In this document: positions 18,927 to 20,836 of the stretch, in pieces | Numbering within the stretch: the stretch's first letter is position 1 | How the letters are laid out: each line of letters opens with the position of its first letter | Position numbers and translations under genes: made by a program | Source: Amoeboaphelidium protococcarum X5 | Lineage: Eukaryota > Fungi > Aphelidiomycota | Assembly (NCBI GenBank): GCA_023515725.1 | Contig: JALDTO010000051.1 | Coordinates: 1 to 20,836 of the forward strand | Reading direction: 5' to 3' | Length of the DNA stretch: 20,836 nucleotides | The notes under the pieces: model-generated | Told to the model about the DNA's origin: nothing | Database searches by the model: none | Seen by the model: the letters and a program-made list of their open reading frames with translations, nothing else

Positions 18927-20834
18927 TCATTCAAGACATTTTAATAGGATTCCACAACTCTTCTTCCACTATTTCAGTGCGGCATTGATATTATCTTGAT
19001 AATCCCTTTCCAAATCACCACCGCGATTCAACTCTGAGTAATTCACCTTCAACACATGATATACGGCATCAAAAACCAGTTGGCCATCCTCATGTATAAG
19101 AGTAGAAGATGATCCTATAGATATTTATAGAGCAGAGACATCAGTGAATGCTTGAACGCATAATGATTCGGTCCAACAGTCAATACGGCACAGCAGTTCA
19201 TAGACGTGCTTGATTGCATTGCAACAAAGTTGCTTAATCACAACGCTATAAACAGACTACTCTTCTCCACCACCACCACTAGCCTATCTGGAACCGACCA
19301 TCTTAGTATCAGATTACAGCATAATTATCATAAGCAGTACTTGATTAACATAATTCGATACATTGAGATCTTTATGAAGTTGCTATGAATGAATATTGCC
19401 AGTGGATATAGCGGACGAGTTTAAAATCTATTCAATCGGTCTGAGTAAATGATGAACAGCTTTCTACACGTAAGTCTTAAGGAGCATCTGACTAGCGTCT
19501 ATGATCAAGTTCAATTCTTTAGATGCAATTATAGAAAGTTTCGTCTCCAAAGCGTCAAACAGCTGCGGTATTAATGCTTTGATCAAGGTGGACAAGTCTT
19601 CCAGCAGGGCAGCGGTATATTTGATCTATTTCTGTCTACCAAGAGCACTATCAGATTATTTTTTGTTACAAGATGAATGTTCTTGTGCCACATTAAATTG
19701 ACAATCAAGTTGGAGATTTAATCCATCAAGGAAGATATAGAAGCACTTTAGAGTCTTTTCCTTTACGGCAGCAAAGCAACTCTACTATGGCGATGATTAC
19801 TTATCTTCATCATCATCACCAGTTTAAATACTGAGCTTCTTCAAGGGCAATACTGAGTCAATTTCACCAAGACACTATACGGTGCTGTGCATTAACTGAT
19901 TAAACTACTGCAATGATTAACTGGCAACATATGGAGAATAGATATGCCGAATAGGAGATGTCCAACTTGAGATCACGTATTAAACAGCAGACAGAGTCAG
20001 ATTCTACAAGATATCCTTATCTTTAGTCTCCAGTTGTTGTAGAAGCATCTTATACTTCTTGTTCTGCTCTGGAGACTTTACTTACTAGCCGGTGATAAAT
20101 TAGCGCACCACTTGTACACTTTATCCCATCTATGACTTTACAATTCCAAGAGCCTTGGGGATCATATCATAAGCTGCCATATTGGACTGACGCAAATGTT
20201 CAGTGAAGGCTTTCATAAACACAAAAGATTATCGATTTTAAATTAAATCAACAGATTCCCAGTGAAAATCCCTTTAAAATACTTTAAATGGTTCCTTTAC
20301 AATATCAATAAATCTGGTGCGCAATTCACATAGCTAGGTGATAAATTTATCAATAAACCCCTAATCTACATGCAAATACTCTCCGTTGGTATACATTTAA
20401 CAGAGTTCCAAGTAGGAGTCAACCATCATATTGGTAGTATCACAAAAGCTCTATAGCCACTACAAGGTGAGAGAATACCCTCTACTAGCAAAGCGACTTT
20501 AGCCTTGAGAATTCACAAAACTCTTTGCTGAGGTGATAGATTATTATTAAGACTAGTGACCATGAGACACGGAAGAATTAAAATACTACTCTGCCAGCTG
20601 TTCCATGTCCAGTAAGTACTCGGAATGACACTTATCAATTCTAGCTTATATGCTTTTCAATACCTACTCCAAATATTTTTGTCCAAAATCCTTCAACCTG
20701 TCCAGTTAAAGCAAAGCACGAGTTAAACGTTCACCAACTGAACCAACACCCAAATCGAATTATTGACCACCAGAAGATTTATTACAAATAGCCTCTAAAG
20801 CAGCTTACAAATAAGTCACCAATAGCATTTTCTG
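18927..20834 (-). CDS. SEC5: Probable exocyst subunit Sec5/EXOC2, C-terminal ~635 aa (5' end outside the window)
   Basis: Open to TGA 18929-18927 only with TAR=Gln, so no ORF was called on this strand. The sequence looks like a helical rod. The C-terminus VSNYVNQVLLMIIMLQSD...RIDCWTESLCVQAFTDVSALQ...LKQWKKSCGILLKCLE parallels the Sec5 C-terminal pattern (VRxYxxExLxxxxxVHAE...FSxxGxLQAxxxI...FKxSxxxxxxCF). Coding status is secure and the family call is moderate. Confidence 0.65.
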
Positions 20835-20836
20835 AT

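Noticed and set aside
17493-19701. ORFs 17493-17738, 18361-18816, 18482-18703, 19206-19388 and 19501-19701
   Set aside because: Antisense or off-frame shadows of the hydrolase and SEC5-like genes.
4782-20834. Interpreting the many in-frame stops as mass pseudogenization or sequencing error
   Set aside because: The interruptions are only TAA/TAG and never TGA, the frames stay intact, catalytic motifs are preserved, and TAR falls on conserved Gln positions.
1-20836. Ciliate origin suggested by the genetic code
   Set aside because: The moderate GC content, 59-79 nt introns and fungal-type BTA1, AFI1 and tyrosinase sequences fit Holomycota better. This is not formally excluded without a phylogeny.

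Overview
Eukaryotic, fungal-like (Holomycota) genomic DNA that does not use the standard code. TAA and TAG are read as Gln and TGA is the only stop (translation table 6 type), so the supplied ORF track is fragmented and misses one gene entirely. Re-translated by hand, 4.0-20.8 kb is a dense block of eight complete genes and one partial gene: RPL13A/RPL16 (+), protein phosphatase 5 (-), a secreted PKD-domain tyrosinase with a likely GPI signal (-), MSS4/DSS4 (-), fused betaine-lipid synthase BTA1 (-), sideroflexin (+), an AFI1/MesA-like polarity protein (-), an HSL-family alpha/beta hydrolase (+), and the 3' part of a probable exocyst SEC5 (-). Five short GT-AG introns are inferred, all ending in TGTAG. 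The first ~3.9 kb holds only decayed coding relics, including a disrupted Set9/SUV4-20-like SET domain downstream of a possible Copia gag fragment. The most striking non-coding signal is a helically phased array of TGAAAC motifs in the AFI1/hydrolase divergent promoter. A fungal-type gene set with TAR=Gln fits the aphelid Amoeboaphelidium protococcarum, where this code is already known. That taxon assignment is an inference, and all family calls come from motif recognition rather than database searches.
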